Below are positions 24,784 to 33,243 of a stretch of 41,838 nucleotides of DNA, piece by piece (the first letter of the stretch is position 1; every line of letters starts with the position of its first letter). Location of the stretch: the IMG/VR virus record IMGVR_UViG_3300032270_000804, positions 1-41,838 of that record; one strand, 5' to 3'. The translations under genes were made by a program, and so were the position numbers. This DNA comes from a virus. Lineage: Duplodnaviria > Caudoviricetes. Below the pieces are notes generated by a model. The model was not told the DNA's origin. It made no database searches and saw only the letters and a list, made by a program, of their open reading frames with translations.

Positions 24784-26463
24784 ATGGGAGTTCCTGGAAA
24801 CGCAAATGCCTTGCTGCTTAAAAGTGTAGGCGCTGGTGACACTGCTTACAAAATCGAACGCTCACTGCGTTTCTCAAGTGCGGATAGTTCATACCTCAAT
24901 CGAACTTTTTCATCAGGAAATAGAAAAACCTGGACCTGGGCAGGATGGATCAAAAGAATAAGTCCATCTGGAAGCTTTATGTTCTTGTTTGGCCGATTTA
25001 ATGTTGATGGCACGATTGGCCATGTGATTGATTTTGGAAACGATACCATTCGTGTTAAATATGCACCTAGTGGTTCTTATTCAAACGATACTTACACAAG
25101 TGCTGTTTTTAGAGACTACTCTGCCTGGATGCACGTAGTAGTTGCATTTGATACCACACAATCAGTACAGGCTGACAGATTAAAGATTTATGTTAATGGT
25201 ACGCAGCAAACATTGACCAATAATACCTGGTCACTAAATACAGACTATCTGATCAACGGTGCAGATTCTCATAGTATTGGAAGAGCTGGTGACTATACTA
25301 GTCAATATTTTGACGGTTATTTAGCTGATATTTATTTTATTGATGGGCAAGCATTGACACCATCAAGTTTTACCACTACTGATGGTACTACTGGTCAGCT
25401 TATACCTAAAGCATTTACTGGTAGTTACGGAACAAATGGGTTTCACTTAGACCTGGCAGATAACAGCAGCCTGACAACTAGCTCCAATGTTGGTATTGGT
25501 AAAGACACTAGTGGTAATGGCAATTATTGGGTCACAAACAACCTAAGCATCACCGCTGGTACAGGGAATGATTCCCTTGTCGATAGCCCCACCAACTACG
25601 GCACAAGCACCGGGATAGGGGGTGAAGTGCGTGGCAATTACTGCACGTTAAATCCAATTGATTCAAACAGTGGTCATTCACTAACTAACGGTAACTTAAC
25701 CATCAGTGGAAGCACGTCAAATTGGAGGCATACGCGAAGTACATTTTCAATACCAACATCTGATAAATGGTATGCAGAGTTTACCATTTCTGCCTTGAAT
25801 GTCACAGAAAACACTATCATCGGATTTGCCCCATCCACCTTAAGTCTCTCCACCTATGTTGGTGGAGGTAGCAATTCGATTGGATTTCAATGCAATTCAA
25901 ACATTTGGACCAATGGATCCTCGGCAAGTGGAGGTGCAACATACGCTGCCAATGACATCATGCAGATTGCCGTTGATCGTGCAACCGGTAAAGCTTGGCT
26001 TGGCAAAAATGGCACGTGGGTAAGTTCAGGAAACCCAGCAGCTGGAACAAATGCCACGAGTTCCTCTGTGGCTACATCTGGAGAGTTATTTTTTGCTGTT
26101 TCCATTTACTCTTCATTCAATTCCGTCGTTTGTAATTTTGGACAACGTACCTTTGCTTACACAGTTCCAAGTGGGTTTAAGGTGCTTTGCTCAACAAACC
26201 TGCCAAGCACTACAATTACCACCAGCGGTACCTACACCGGAAATGGAAGTGCCGATGGACCATTTGTATTCCTGAATGGCGTACCAACTGCAATGACGGT
26301 AGGAGGCAATGCCGTGACATTCGGTACCCACGCCGATAAATTGAGCAACGGCTTTAAGATTCGCACTACAAGTACCACCTACAATCAAAACACTAGCTCT
26401 TACAGCTACAGCATCACAACTGCAGGCGATGCGTTCAAATACGCTAGAGCGCAGCCTAACTAA
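24784..26463 (+). CDS. receptor-binding protein with ConA/LamG-like and SPRY-like domains
   Basis: IERSLRF, WTWAGWIKR, WMHVVVAFDTT, GNYCTLNP, KWYAEF and NFGQRTF motifs. Confidence 0.8.
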   Translation: MGVPGNANALLLKSVGAGDTAYKIERSLRFSSADSSYLNRTFSSGNRKTWTWAGWIKRISPSGSFMFLFGRFNVDGTIGHVIDFGNDTIRVKYAPSGSYSNDTYTSAVFRDYSAWMHVVVAFDTTQSVQADRLKIYVNGTQQTLTNNTWSLNTDYLINGADSHSIGRAGDYTSQYFDGYLADIYFIDGQALTPSSFTTTDGTTGQLIPKAFTGSYGTNGFHLDLADNSSLTTSSNVGIGKDTSGNGNYWVTNNLSITAGTGNDSLVDSPTNYGTSTGIGGEVRGNYCTLNPIDSNSGHSLTNGNLTISGSTSNWRHTRSTFSIPTSDKWYAEFTISALNVTENTIIGFAPSTLSLSTYVGGGSNSIGFQCNSNIWTNGSSASGGATYAANDIMQIAVDRATGKAWLGKNGTWVSSGNPAAGTNATSSSVATSGELFFAVSIYSSFNSVVCNFGQRTFAYTVPSGFKVLCSTNLPSTTITTSGTYTGNGSADGPFVFLNGVPTAMTVGGNAVTFGTHADKLSNGFKIRTTSTTYNQNTSSYSYSITTAGDAFKYARAQPN

Positions 26464-26478
26464 CCAACTCTCCCACCT

Positions 26479-27000
26479 ATGGCCTCCTACGAACTGCCAG
26501 ACGGACGCACTGTTTCAGACAGCATGGCATTCACGCTTGCCGGGATTCAATATCCCAGCAACTGGCTTCTGTTATCAACGCCAGAGGATCGTAAACAGCG
26601 AGGCATTCTGGGACCGTTGCCAGAACCGCCTTGGTACGACCAGCGTTTTTATTGGGGGCCCAACAAACCCAAAGACCACACCCAACTCGTTGATGAATGG
26701 GTTGGCCAAACGCGCATCACCGCCAACACCCTGCTGGCACCTACGGATTGGATCATCATCCGCGAAGTTGACAATGGCAAAGCAGCTGACCCGGTACTCA
26801 AGACTTGGCGTGAGGACATTCGAGCGGCCTCTGGCGTCAAAATAGTTGCAATTCGTAATACTGCCGACACAGCCGAGCTGGCAGCATACATTACTGGTAC
26901 TGATTACCCTATATGGCCAGCTGACCCTTATGCTGCTGTTCCTATTAAGTCTGTATCTGCTAGTGATGTGGAGTCTGCTGGCAATGGCGAAGAGGTGTGA
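26479..27000 (+). CDS. tail fibre assembly/chaperone-like protein
   Basis: QYPSNWL, YDQRFYWG, LLAPTDW and WREDIR motifs. Confidence 0.75.
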   Translation: MASYELPDGRTVSDSMAFTLAGIQYPSNWLLLSTPEDRKQRGILGPLPEPPWYDQRFYWGPNKPKDHTQLVDEWVGQTRITANTLLAPTDWIIIREVDNGKAADPVLKTWREDIRAASGVKIVAIRNTADTAELAAYITGTDYPIWPADPYAAVPIKSVSASDVESAGNGEEV

Positions 27001-27140
27001 TGGCGGTTAAATCAAAGATTGGTACAGCTCGTATCGAGCACAAACCAGGGGCTCCTAAAACTACCAGTCAAGGTCAAGGACAGCATTCTCGACCTAGGCG
27101 CCGGGGCCGCAAAGCAATGCGTGGACAAGGAAAGGGCTAG
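27000..27140 (+). CDS. small Arg/Gly/Lys-rich protein
   Basis: MAVKSKIGTARIEHKPGAPKTTSQGQGQHSRPRRRGRKAMRGQGKG; start overlaps upstream TGA; missed by the ORF track. Confidence 0.75.
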   Translation: MAVKSKIGTARIEHKPGAPKTTSQGQGQHSRPRRRGRKAMRGQGKG

Positions 27141-27149
27141 ACTGCCACT

Positions 27150-27488
27150 ATGGCAATCTCACCCGGCACATATAACATCAGCCTGCAGCGCCGGGCGGAC
27201 TACAGTATCACACTGCAGTTCAAAGACAGCACTGGCACAGCCATTAACTTGACCGGCTGGACTGTCGCAGCTCAAACCTGGAACCAAGCCCGAACCACAA
27301 AATACGCTGACTTCACTGTTACCTACACAAATCGCAGCACTGGAACAGTTGCCATTGCTCTAACCGTAGCCCAAACTGCTACTTTCCCAAATGAAACCTA
27401 TTATGACGTACTTTTAACAAACACATCTGGTATTAAAGAATACTACCTAGAAGGCATTATTTATGTATCTGAGGGTTATACAGCATGA
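27150..27488 (+). CDS. virion protein (BppU N-terminal-like beta domain)
   Basis: FKDSTGTAINLTGWTV, YYDVLL and YYLEG motifs. Confidence 0.7.
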   Translation: MAISPGTYNISLQRRADYSITLQFKDSTGTAINLTGWTVAAQTWNQARTTKYADFTVTYTNRSTGTVAIALTVAQTATFPNETYYDVLLTNTSGIKEYYLEGIIYVSEGYTA

Positions 27489-27817
27489 CAACAGTAAATG
27501 TCACAGCTGTTGAAAATACAGTTGTAGTAACTGAAAACGGCAGCACAACAGTTGTAACAGTCCCGGTAACCTCAACAGTTACTGCTATTACCGCCGGACC
27601 ACAAGGTCCAAAAGGCGATGCTGGTGCTGGGTACGATTTTATTCAATCTAGTTCTTCTACTACTTGGACCATTAACCACAACCTCGGGTTCAAGCCTGGT
27701 GTTGATGTGTATGACAGTGGTAGCCAGCAAATTCAAGCTGAAATATCACATCCCAGCTTGAATCAAACTGTTATCCTATTGACAGCACCTACTGCAGGCT
27801 TTGCGAGGCTAACCTGA
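27485..27817 (+). CDS. virion protein with a short collagen-like segment
   Basis: GPQGPKGDAG and TWTINHNLG motifs. Confidence 0.75.
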   Translation: MTTVNVTAVENTVVVTENGSTTVVTVPVTSTVTAITAGPQGPKGDAGAGYDFIQSSSSTTWTINHNLGFKPGVDVYDSGSQQIQAEISHPSLNQTVILLTAPTAGFARLT

Positions 27818-27818
27818 C

Positions 27819-28607
27819 ATGGCCAAGAAGATTTTTACCGATTTTGATTTTCAGTCGGTCTCAAAGGTTATCAACCTCCCCTCGCCCAGTAGCAACGGCG
27901 ATGCAGCTAGTAAGTCCTATGTGGATTCACTGGTTGAGGGTCTTGCTTGGAAAGACTCCTGTCGAGTTGCCACTCAGAGCAACTTGAACCTGAGCAGCCC
28001 CGGTGCCACGATTGATGGCATCACAATGGCCAGCCAGGATCGCGTGCTGGTGAGGTCACAAACCACAACTGCTGACAACGGAATCTATGTCTGGAATGGT
28101 GCCAGCAGCGCCATGACCCGCTCGCTGGATGCCAGCACCTTTGCCGAACTTGAACAAGCTGTCACAACTATTGAAGAAGGCACCAGTGCGGGCAGCACTT
28201 ATCGGCAAGATCAAGTCAACGGCACTCTTGGCAGCAGCACCATCAGTTGGGTCACGTTTGGCACCGCTGCCCCATCAGCAAGTGAAACAACTGCAGGTAT
28301 TGCCGAAATTGCAACTCAAGCCGAAACAGATGCTGGCACTGATGATGCTCGCATTGTCACTCCGCTGAAACTGGCCACTTGGTCAGGCCGGATTAAAAAA
28401 TACTCAGTGGCAATTGGAGATGGTAGCGCCACTAGCTATACAGTGACCCACAACCTTGCCAGCCGCGATGTGCAAGTGACTGTGTATAACGCCAGCACTT
28501 ATGACGAAGTGATCACTGACGTGACCCACGCCACCACCAACACGCTCACCATCGTGTTTGCCACTGCTCCTGCCTCAAACGCATACCGCGTGGTGGTGAT
28601 TGGCTAA
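27819..28607 (+). CDS. fibre/decoration protein
   Basis: DAASKSYVD, KDSCRVAT, DRVLV, NGIYVW, ASETTAGIAEIAT and VTHNL motifs. Confidence 0.75.
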   Translation: MAKKIFTDFDFQSVSKVINLPSPSSNGDAASKSYVDSLVEGLAWKDSCRVATQSNLNLSSPGATIDGITMASQDRVLVRSQTTTADNGIYVWNGASSAMTRSLDASTFAELEQAVTTIEEGTSAGSTYRQDQVNGTLGSSTISWVTFGTAAPSASETTAGIAEIATQAETDAGTDDARIVTPLKLATWSGRIKKYSVAIGDGSATSYTVTHNLASRDVQVTVYNASTYDEVITDVTHATTNTLTIVFATAPASNAYRVVVIG

Positions 28608-29308
28608 TGGCTAGAGAGATCAGCAATGGCGCAAACCTAAAAGGCCCTTTGCAGCTTGCTGCTGGCACTACATCGCTGTCGCCGCTGACATTTCAATCAG
28701 GAACCAACCTGACATCGGCTACGGCTGGTGCAATGGAATACGACGGGAAGGTGATCTACTCGACGCCAGCAGCGCGTGGTGTTTCGCCGTCGATGATGTA
28801 TTACAGGCTTAATTCAGATCTGGCTGGTTCAAACGTGAATACGGCTCAAAGCATTTTTGGTGTTGGCGCAACCCTGCAAGCTAGTACCGTTTATGCATTT
28901 GAGATCATATGTGCTTTCGGCAAAACAGCTGGCGCAACTAGTCATAATTTCTTTTTGGCTTTTGACGGTGGAACAGCAACTTTCAATAATTTTATTGCCA
29001 ATGTCTTTGCTCCTATTGTTCAAGCAGCCCCGCCAACTAACAATAACGTAGCTAGTGGAAGCATCTTTTATGGTGTACAAAATTCCACCACTGAACTCGC
29101 ATACATCAATACCATTGCTGGTGCAACAAGGACTATTCCTGTTTCACTTTTTGGAACATTAAGCGTGGCAAACAGTGGCACTTTTATTCCTAGGTATCGA
29201 ATGAGCACCGCACCTGGCGGTGCCTATTCAACACTTGCAGGTTCATATATTGCCATCTGGCCAATCGGTGCTGCTGGCGCCAACACCTCCGTTGGGCCCT
29301 GGGCATAA
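28607..29308 (+). CDS. fibre-associated structural protein
   Basis: 233 aa, Ala/Gly/Thr-rich, GAMEYDG motif. Confidence 0.7.
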   Translation: MAREISNGANLKGPLQLAAGTTSLSPLTFQSGTNLTSATAGAMEYDGKVIYSTPAARGVSPSMMYYRLNSDLAGSNVNTAQSIFGVGATLQASTVYAFEIICAFGKTAGATSHNFFLAFDGGTATFNNFIANVFAPIVQAAPPTNNNVASGSIFYGVQNSTTELAYINTIAGATRTIPVSLFGTLSVANSGTFIPRYRMSTAPGGAYSTLAGSYIAIWPIGAAGANTSVGPWA

Positions 29309-29353
29309 CCTACAACAACTTCAAGCTAGACTGAAAATACCTAAATCAGCGTC

Positions 29354-29602
29354 GTGTCAACTCCTGAGCCACAACCAGGATTTTGGCGCGGCGTCAAACA
29401 AGAGACCGTGGCAGGTCTTGCTGTCTTAGCTGTTGGCTCTGCTGCCGCCGGCATTTTTTACCTGGTCTACACAGTCCCCACCAAACTCGACGATCTCCTC
29501 AGCAATCAGGAAATTATCCAAAAGAAGCTTGGTGAGATAGATGACAAAGTTCAAGACCATGACGTGCGTATTATCAAACTTGAAATGTCTCGTTACCGAT
29601 GA
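29354..29602 (+). CDS. single-pass membrane protein with coiled coil (lysis-associated)
   Basis: TM segment VAGLAVLAVGSAAAGIFYLVY followed by heptad repeats. Confidence 0.7.
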   Translation: MSTPEPQPGFWRGVKQETVAGLAVLAVGSAAAGIFYLVYTVPTKLDDLLSNQEIIQKKLGEIDDKVQDHDVRIIKLEMSRYR

Positions 29603-29784
29603 CCGAACGCCTAATCGTCAACACCATCGAACTAGGTCAAGGCTTCACACTGGAGCAACTAGAAAACGAGCGTGGCGACACCTATTACCGTGTTTGCCAC
29701 AAAGGAATCTGCCGTTACTGCGAAGACGCCTACATGGCCTATATGTACGCCGAGGGCATGGGCTGGAACAAGCCTACTGACTAA
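29599..29784 (+). CDS. hypothetical protein
   Basis: 61 aa, YYRVCHKGICRYCED motif, ATGA overlap. Confidence 0.7.
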   Translation: MTERLIVNTIELGQGFTLEQLENERGDTYYRVCHKGICRYCEDAYMAYMYAEGMGWNKPTD

Positions 29785-30082
29785 TCCAAAAATGAATTGC
29801 ATCCTCCAGGTACGGCTCCCAAAAATGCTGCATTCTGTACCATTCTTTCCAATCACTGGAACTTTTTCTGATATTACAATTAAAACAGGCTGCGATCAGA
29901 TTTGATACTGATGTCTCACCACCTTTGGATTTTGGCCTTACGTGATCAAGCGTTCCAGACTTACCTAAATCTTCTTGACAATATGCGCATTTATAGTCCC
30001 AACCCTTCAGTATTTGATCTCGAAATCGAGCCTTAGCCTCACGTTTGCTTAAGAATCCCAGTTCCTCGTCGATGTAGTCCAC
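29774..30082 (-). CDS. HNH endonuclease
   Basis: CAYC...TLDHVRPKSKGG...NLIAACFNCNIRK. Confidence 0.92.
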   Translation of the reverse strand: MDYIDEELGFLSKREAKARFRDQILKGWDYKCAYCQEDLGKSGTLDHVRPKSKGGETSVSNLIAACFNCNIRKSSSDWKEWYRMQHFWEPYLEDAIHFWISQ

Positions 30083-30178
30083 ATAAGGTCGACGCTGCAG
30101 TCATGGTAGCCACAAAAACCAACCGCACTGGAACTTTTACCCGTTAGCCTCTAGACTTGCACAAGTTACTTTGTAGTA

Positions 30179-30322
30179 ATGGACATTCTCCATAACGCTG
30201 CCTTCTGGATCGTGGTAGCAGCCGCCTCCGAACTGATCGGCCTCAACCCCAAACTCAAAGCCAACAGCATCATCCAGCTGGTGCTTCAGATCCTTGAGCT
30301 GCTCCGCCCAAAAAAGCGCTGA
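30179..30322 (+). CDS. putative holin (47 aa)
   Basis: MDILHNAAFWIVVAAASELIGLNPKLKANSIIQLVLQILELLRPKKR; hydrophobic with basic C-terminus, upstream of endolysin; missed by the ORF track. Confidence 0.7.
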   Translation: MDILHNAAFWIVVAAASELIGLNPKLKANSIIQLVLQILELLRPKKR

Positions 30323-30546
30323 ACGAAATAGGAGCCGATGCTGTTCGTCGTGCCATACGACAAGAACAGTTTGAAACGCTCCTACCAGCCAGGATCACCT
30401 TGGCCGAAAAAGAGTGGCTGGCAACTCAGCCCTCAGCCCCAGAACCCATTGTCATTAACGAATCTGTAGATCACGAGCAACAAACTGGAGACTCCTTAGA
30501 TTTGGGAGGCCCAATGTCCATCCATGCACCCTGGTCCCGTGGCTAA
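30316..30546 (+). CDS. start-less ORF, probable -1 frameshift extension of the holin
   Basis: 76 open codons directly after C-CCA-AAA-AAG; an upstream in-frame TGA at 30295-30297 leaves no start before it. Confidence 0.7.
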   Translation, partial: ALNEIGADAVRRAIRQEQFETLLPARITLAEKEWLATQPSAPEPIVINESVDHEQQTGDSLDLGGPMSIHAPWSRG

Positions 30547-31660
30547 CCCCAACACCATCAGGCTGCTGGATCTCATGCGGTTTTACCGCAGCCTTCCCCA
30601 CCAGATGGCTGCCGTATCCGAGCTGGAGGAGGCTATCAACAAAGCCAACCCCAACATCCTGGGCCGCAATCAGCAATGGTTCAAAACCTGGAGCCAATCC
30701 GGCAAACAAATCCAAATTGAAAACAACTGGGACGGCATGGTCACAGCTGGCCGCATTGCCGGCGCCAAGTACCCAGAGCTTGTAGCTGCCCAATGGGCAC
30801 TGGAATCATCCTGTGGAAAACTCGTCTCAGGCCGCAACAACTTTTTCGGCATCAAGGGCGATGGAACCCTGACCACCACCCAAGAATTCATCAACGGCAA
30901 CTGGATCACAATCCGCGACAGCTTTCTCGACTTTCCCGATATTCAAACCGCTGTTTGCTATCTCGTAAGCCGCTGGTACAAAGACTATAAAAACTGGAAA
31001 GGCTGCAACAACGCTCCAAGCCGCAACGAAGCTGCCCAATGGCTTAAGAACGAAGGTTACGCCACAGATCCGAGCTATCCCAAAAAGCTGATCGAACTGA
31101 TGGACTCCCACGACTCACCCACTGTCCATCCCAAAGAGCACCTGCTAAAAGTCCCCTACGAATACCAGCTCGACAACAAATCCGGCACCGGCTACCGGGA
31201 ATGCTTCAGCTCCAGCTGTGCCATGGTTGCTCGCTACTGGGGCAAGATCGGTAACGACGACAGCTATAACCTCGTCCGCAAAAAGTACGGCGACTCTACC
31301 GACGTTCATGCCCAAGTCTCAGCATTAAAAGAGTTGGGCCTGATCGCCACCTTTATTCAGGATGGAACTGCCGCCAGCCTGGAATCCGAGATCAACATGG
31401 GCTATCCAACCCCCATCGGCTGGCTCCATCGAGGCCCCGTCAGCAATCCAAGCGGCGGCGGGCACTGGAGCGTCGTCATCGGCTACACCCCAAGCCACTT
31501 CATCCTGAACGACCCCAACGGAGAAGCGGATCTCGTTGCTGGCGGTTACAGCAGAAACAAAGGCGGCGCCGGAATTGCGTATTCTCGAAAGAACTGGCTG
31601 CCCCGTTGGCTTGTGGATGGAGCAGAATCCGGCTGGTTCCTACGCATTAGACCTAAGTGA
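30539..31660 (+). CDS. endolysin: GH73 glucosaminidase + C39-like peptidase
   Basis: AAQWALES, NNFFGIKG, GYATDPSY; then YQLDN, CFSSSCAM, GHWSVVIGY, NDP; GTG 30539 or ATG 30524 start. Confidence 0.9.
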   Translation: MANPNTIRLLDLMRFYRSLPHQMAAVSELEEAINKANPNILGRNQQWFKTWSQSGKQIQIENNWDGMVTAGRIAGAKYPELVAAQWALESSCGKLVSGRNNFFGIKGDGTLTTTQEFINGNWITIRDSFLDFPDIQTAVCYLVSRWYKDYKNWKGCNNAPSRNEAAQWLKNEGYATDPSYPKKLIELMDSHDSPTVHPKEHLLKVPYEYQLDNKSGTGYRECFSSSCAMVARYWGKIGNDDSYNLVRKKYGDSTDVHAQVSALKELGLIATFIQDGTAASLESEINMGYPTPIGWLHRGPVSNPSGGGHWSVVIGYTPSHFILNDPNGEADLVAGGYSRNKGGAGIAYSRKNWLPRWLVDGAESGWFLRIRPK

Positions 31661-31878
31661 ATTTGATCACCCAAAGCCTTGAAGCCAAACTGAGCGAGCG
31701 CACCACTGCCGACATGCTCAAAGCCCGCCATGCCGCCGGCGACTGGAACGGCCTCCTCGAAGCCGCTCTACTGTTAAACACGCTCCATCACATGGAACGC
31801 GCCAAATCCGCCTGGGCTATCCGGGAAGCAGCTGACAACCTGTCCAGCCAATTCGGCATGGACTGCGACTCGGCCTAA
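31657..31878 (+). CDS. hypothetical protein
   Basis: 73 aa, GTGA overlap with the endolysin stop. Confidence 0.7.
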   Translation: MNLITQSLEAKLSERTTADMLKARHAAGDWNGLLEAALLLNTLHHMERAKSAWAIREAADNLSSQFGMDCDSA

Positions 31879-32036
31879 ACCGCAAAAATCCCCTTGTACT
31901 TCTGCGCCAACCCGGTGTAGGTCGAGTGGAGCGGATGGGACTTTTCATCCCGCTTATCCAGCAAATACAGCCAGTCCAAAAATTCCTGCTTGTCATCTTC
32001 ACGAACGACAAGCTGCCAATTTTTAAGCTCAGACAT
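31875..32036 (-). CDS. small hypothetical protein
   Basis: MSELKNWQLVVREDDKQEFLDWLYLLDKRDEKSHPLHSTYTGLAQKYKGIFAV; missed by the ORF track. Confidence 0.7.
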   Translation of the reverse strand: MSELKNWQLVVREDDKQEFLDWLYLLDKRDEKSHPLHSTYTGLAQKYKGIFAV

Positions 32037-32253
32037 TGCGATTAGAACGATTTTTCTGGGGAATGGGGTTGGTGTGGTGCCTAGACCGGATCAACTTTAG
32101 AGACGTGGCTGGCGGTGGCACGATGACTAAACAGCCTCTGTAACGAAACTCAGCCAGCGCCACAGCATCTACCAGCGTCTCAGCCTTAAACACATCTCGC
32201 AACGGCCCTCTACCTGGCAACCAGATCTGAAGCTCAAAATACTCCTGCTTCAT
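32029..32253 (-). CDS. hypothetical protein
   Basis: 74 aa, overlaps neighbours in the operon. Confidence 0.65.
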   Translation of the reverse strand: MKQEYFELQIWLPGRGPLRDVFKAETLVDAVALAEFRYRGCLVIVPPPATSLKLIRSRHHTNPIPQKNRSNRNV

Positions 32254-32471
32254 ACCTTCAACCAGCTTTTCGGATAGTCCGGCTCTTCAACTGCGTGGAT
32301 CGCAACTGGAGACCCGCTCCACTGGGCAACAGCTCGGGCTGCCTCGACCACCCGCTCGTACGTCACCCAAGATCCAGCATCCTCTCGTATCCCAGTGAGG
32401 CTGACGATCCGTGTATCCGGCTGGTACGCCGCCACATACCGATCCTCACAAACAATGATGTACCGCTGCAC
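32250..32471 (-). CDS. hypothetical protein
   Basis: 73 aa, GTG start. Confidence 0.7.
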   Translation of the reverse strand: MQRYIIVCEDRYVAAYQPDTRIVSLTGIREDAGSWVTYERVVEAARAVAQWSGSPVAIHAVEEPDYPKSWLKV

Positions 32472-32489
32472 CAGTCAAATCCATGTGAC

Positions 32490-32504
32490 TACTGTGCAAC
32501 AGTA
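32490..32504. promoter_or_regulatory. perfect palindromic operator TACTGT-GCA-ACAGTA
   Basis: Intergenic; best copy of a genome-wide motif. Confidence 0.7.
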
Positions 32505-32552
32505 ACAGATCCAAGCCTGCTGGAGCAGACTATTACGATCTGCGACTGAGAA

Positions 32553-32828
32553 TCATGCGTCCAACTCTGAGACACCCGAGGACTGCTTGGTGCGCATCCT
32601 TCCTTCTACCCGCCTTTTTACTGAATCCGCCCAGGCTTCATGATCCGCTTCCTCAGCGCTCTTGTATTCAGACGTTGGAAACGCCACCTGCAATGCTGCA
32701 TAAACCATATCCCGCAACAGAGCCGTCACCCGTTTGCCTTGCTGCTCAGCCATCTTTTCCACAAGCTGATAGCGGTGCTTATCCAGCAGCAACTGGCAAT
32801 AAAACTTCTGTCCGTGCTTAAGAGGCAT
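32553..32828 (-). CDS. ribbon-helix-helix-like DNA-binding protein
   Basis: Strand KFYCQLLLD, helix RYQLVEKMAEQQG, helix VTALLRDMVYAAL. Confidence 0.7.
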   Translation of the reverse strand: MPLKHGQKFYCQLLLDKHRYQLVEKMAEQQGKRVTALLRDMVYAALQVAFPTSEYKSAEEADHEAWADSVKRRVEGRMRTKQSSGVSELDA

Positions 32829-32875
32829 CACCCTGTGGTCTAGTCTGCTACACAATAGCACCGTGTACCACAGTA

Positions 32876-33088
32876 TCAGCCCCAGCGCACGTCCTCATCC
32901 ACCTTTTTCCGCCACGCACCGAGCTGGGACTTCCGACTGGTACGGCGATTGTCCGTACAACCTTTCCTAATCTCCCTAGCCCACGCCAAAAAACCGGCCA
33001 TACGCTGGAGATCAGCAGTACGAGCCTGCCGAATCTCCGCATACAGCCAGTCCAAAACAATCTGCCTACCCGTGCGGCCTGGACTCAT
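32876..33088 (-). CDS. basic hypothetical protein
   Basis: RTGRQIVLDWL...ARTADLQRMAGFLAWAR. Confidence 0.75.
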   Translation of the reverse strand: MSPGRTGRQIVLDWLYAEIRQARTADLQRMAGFLAWAREIRKGCTDNRRTSRKSQLGAWRKKVDEDVRWG

Positions 33089-33093
33089 GCGTC

Positions 33094-33243
33094 TCAACCT
33101 GAGACTTCGGTGATTTTGATGACGGTTTCCTTGGGAAAGCAGGCCAATGCTGATTGCATAGCCATGTACGAACTATCAGCCTCCACAGTATGAGTATGTA
33201 TTGCGCCCTGCTTGGGGCGCAGTAATACCTGGTAATACCTCAT
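33094..33243 (-). CDS. small hypothetical protein
   Basis: MRYYQVLLRPKQG..., ATGA overlap with the pol stop. Confidence 0.65.
   Translation of the reverse strand: MRYYQVLLRPKQGAIHTHTVEADSSYMAMQSALACFPKETVIKITEVSG

Noticed and set aside
23971-29308. Diversity-generating retroelement acting on fibre genes
   Set aside because: No reverse transcriptase and no template/variable repeat pair seen
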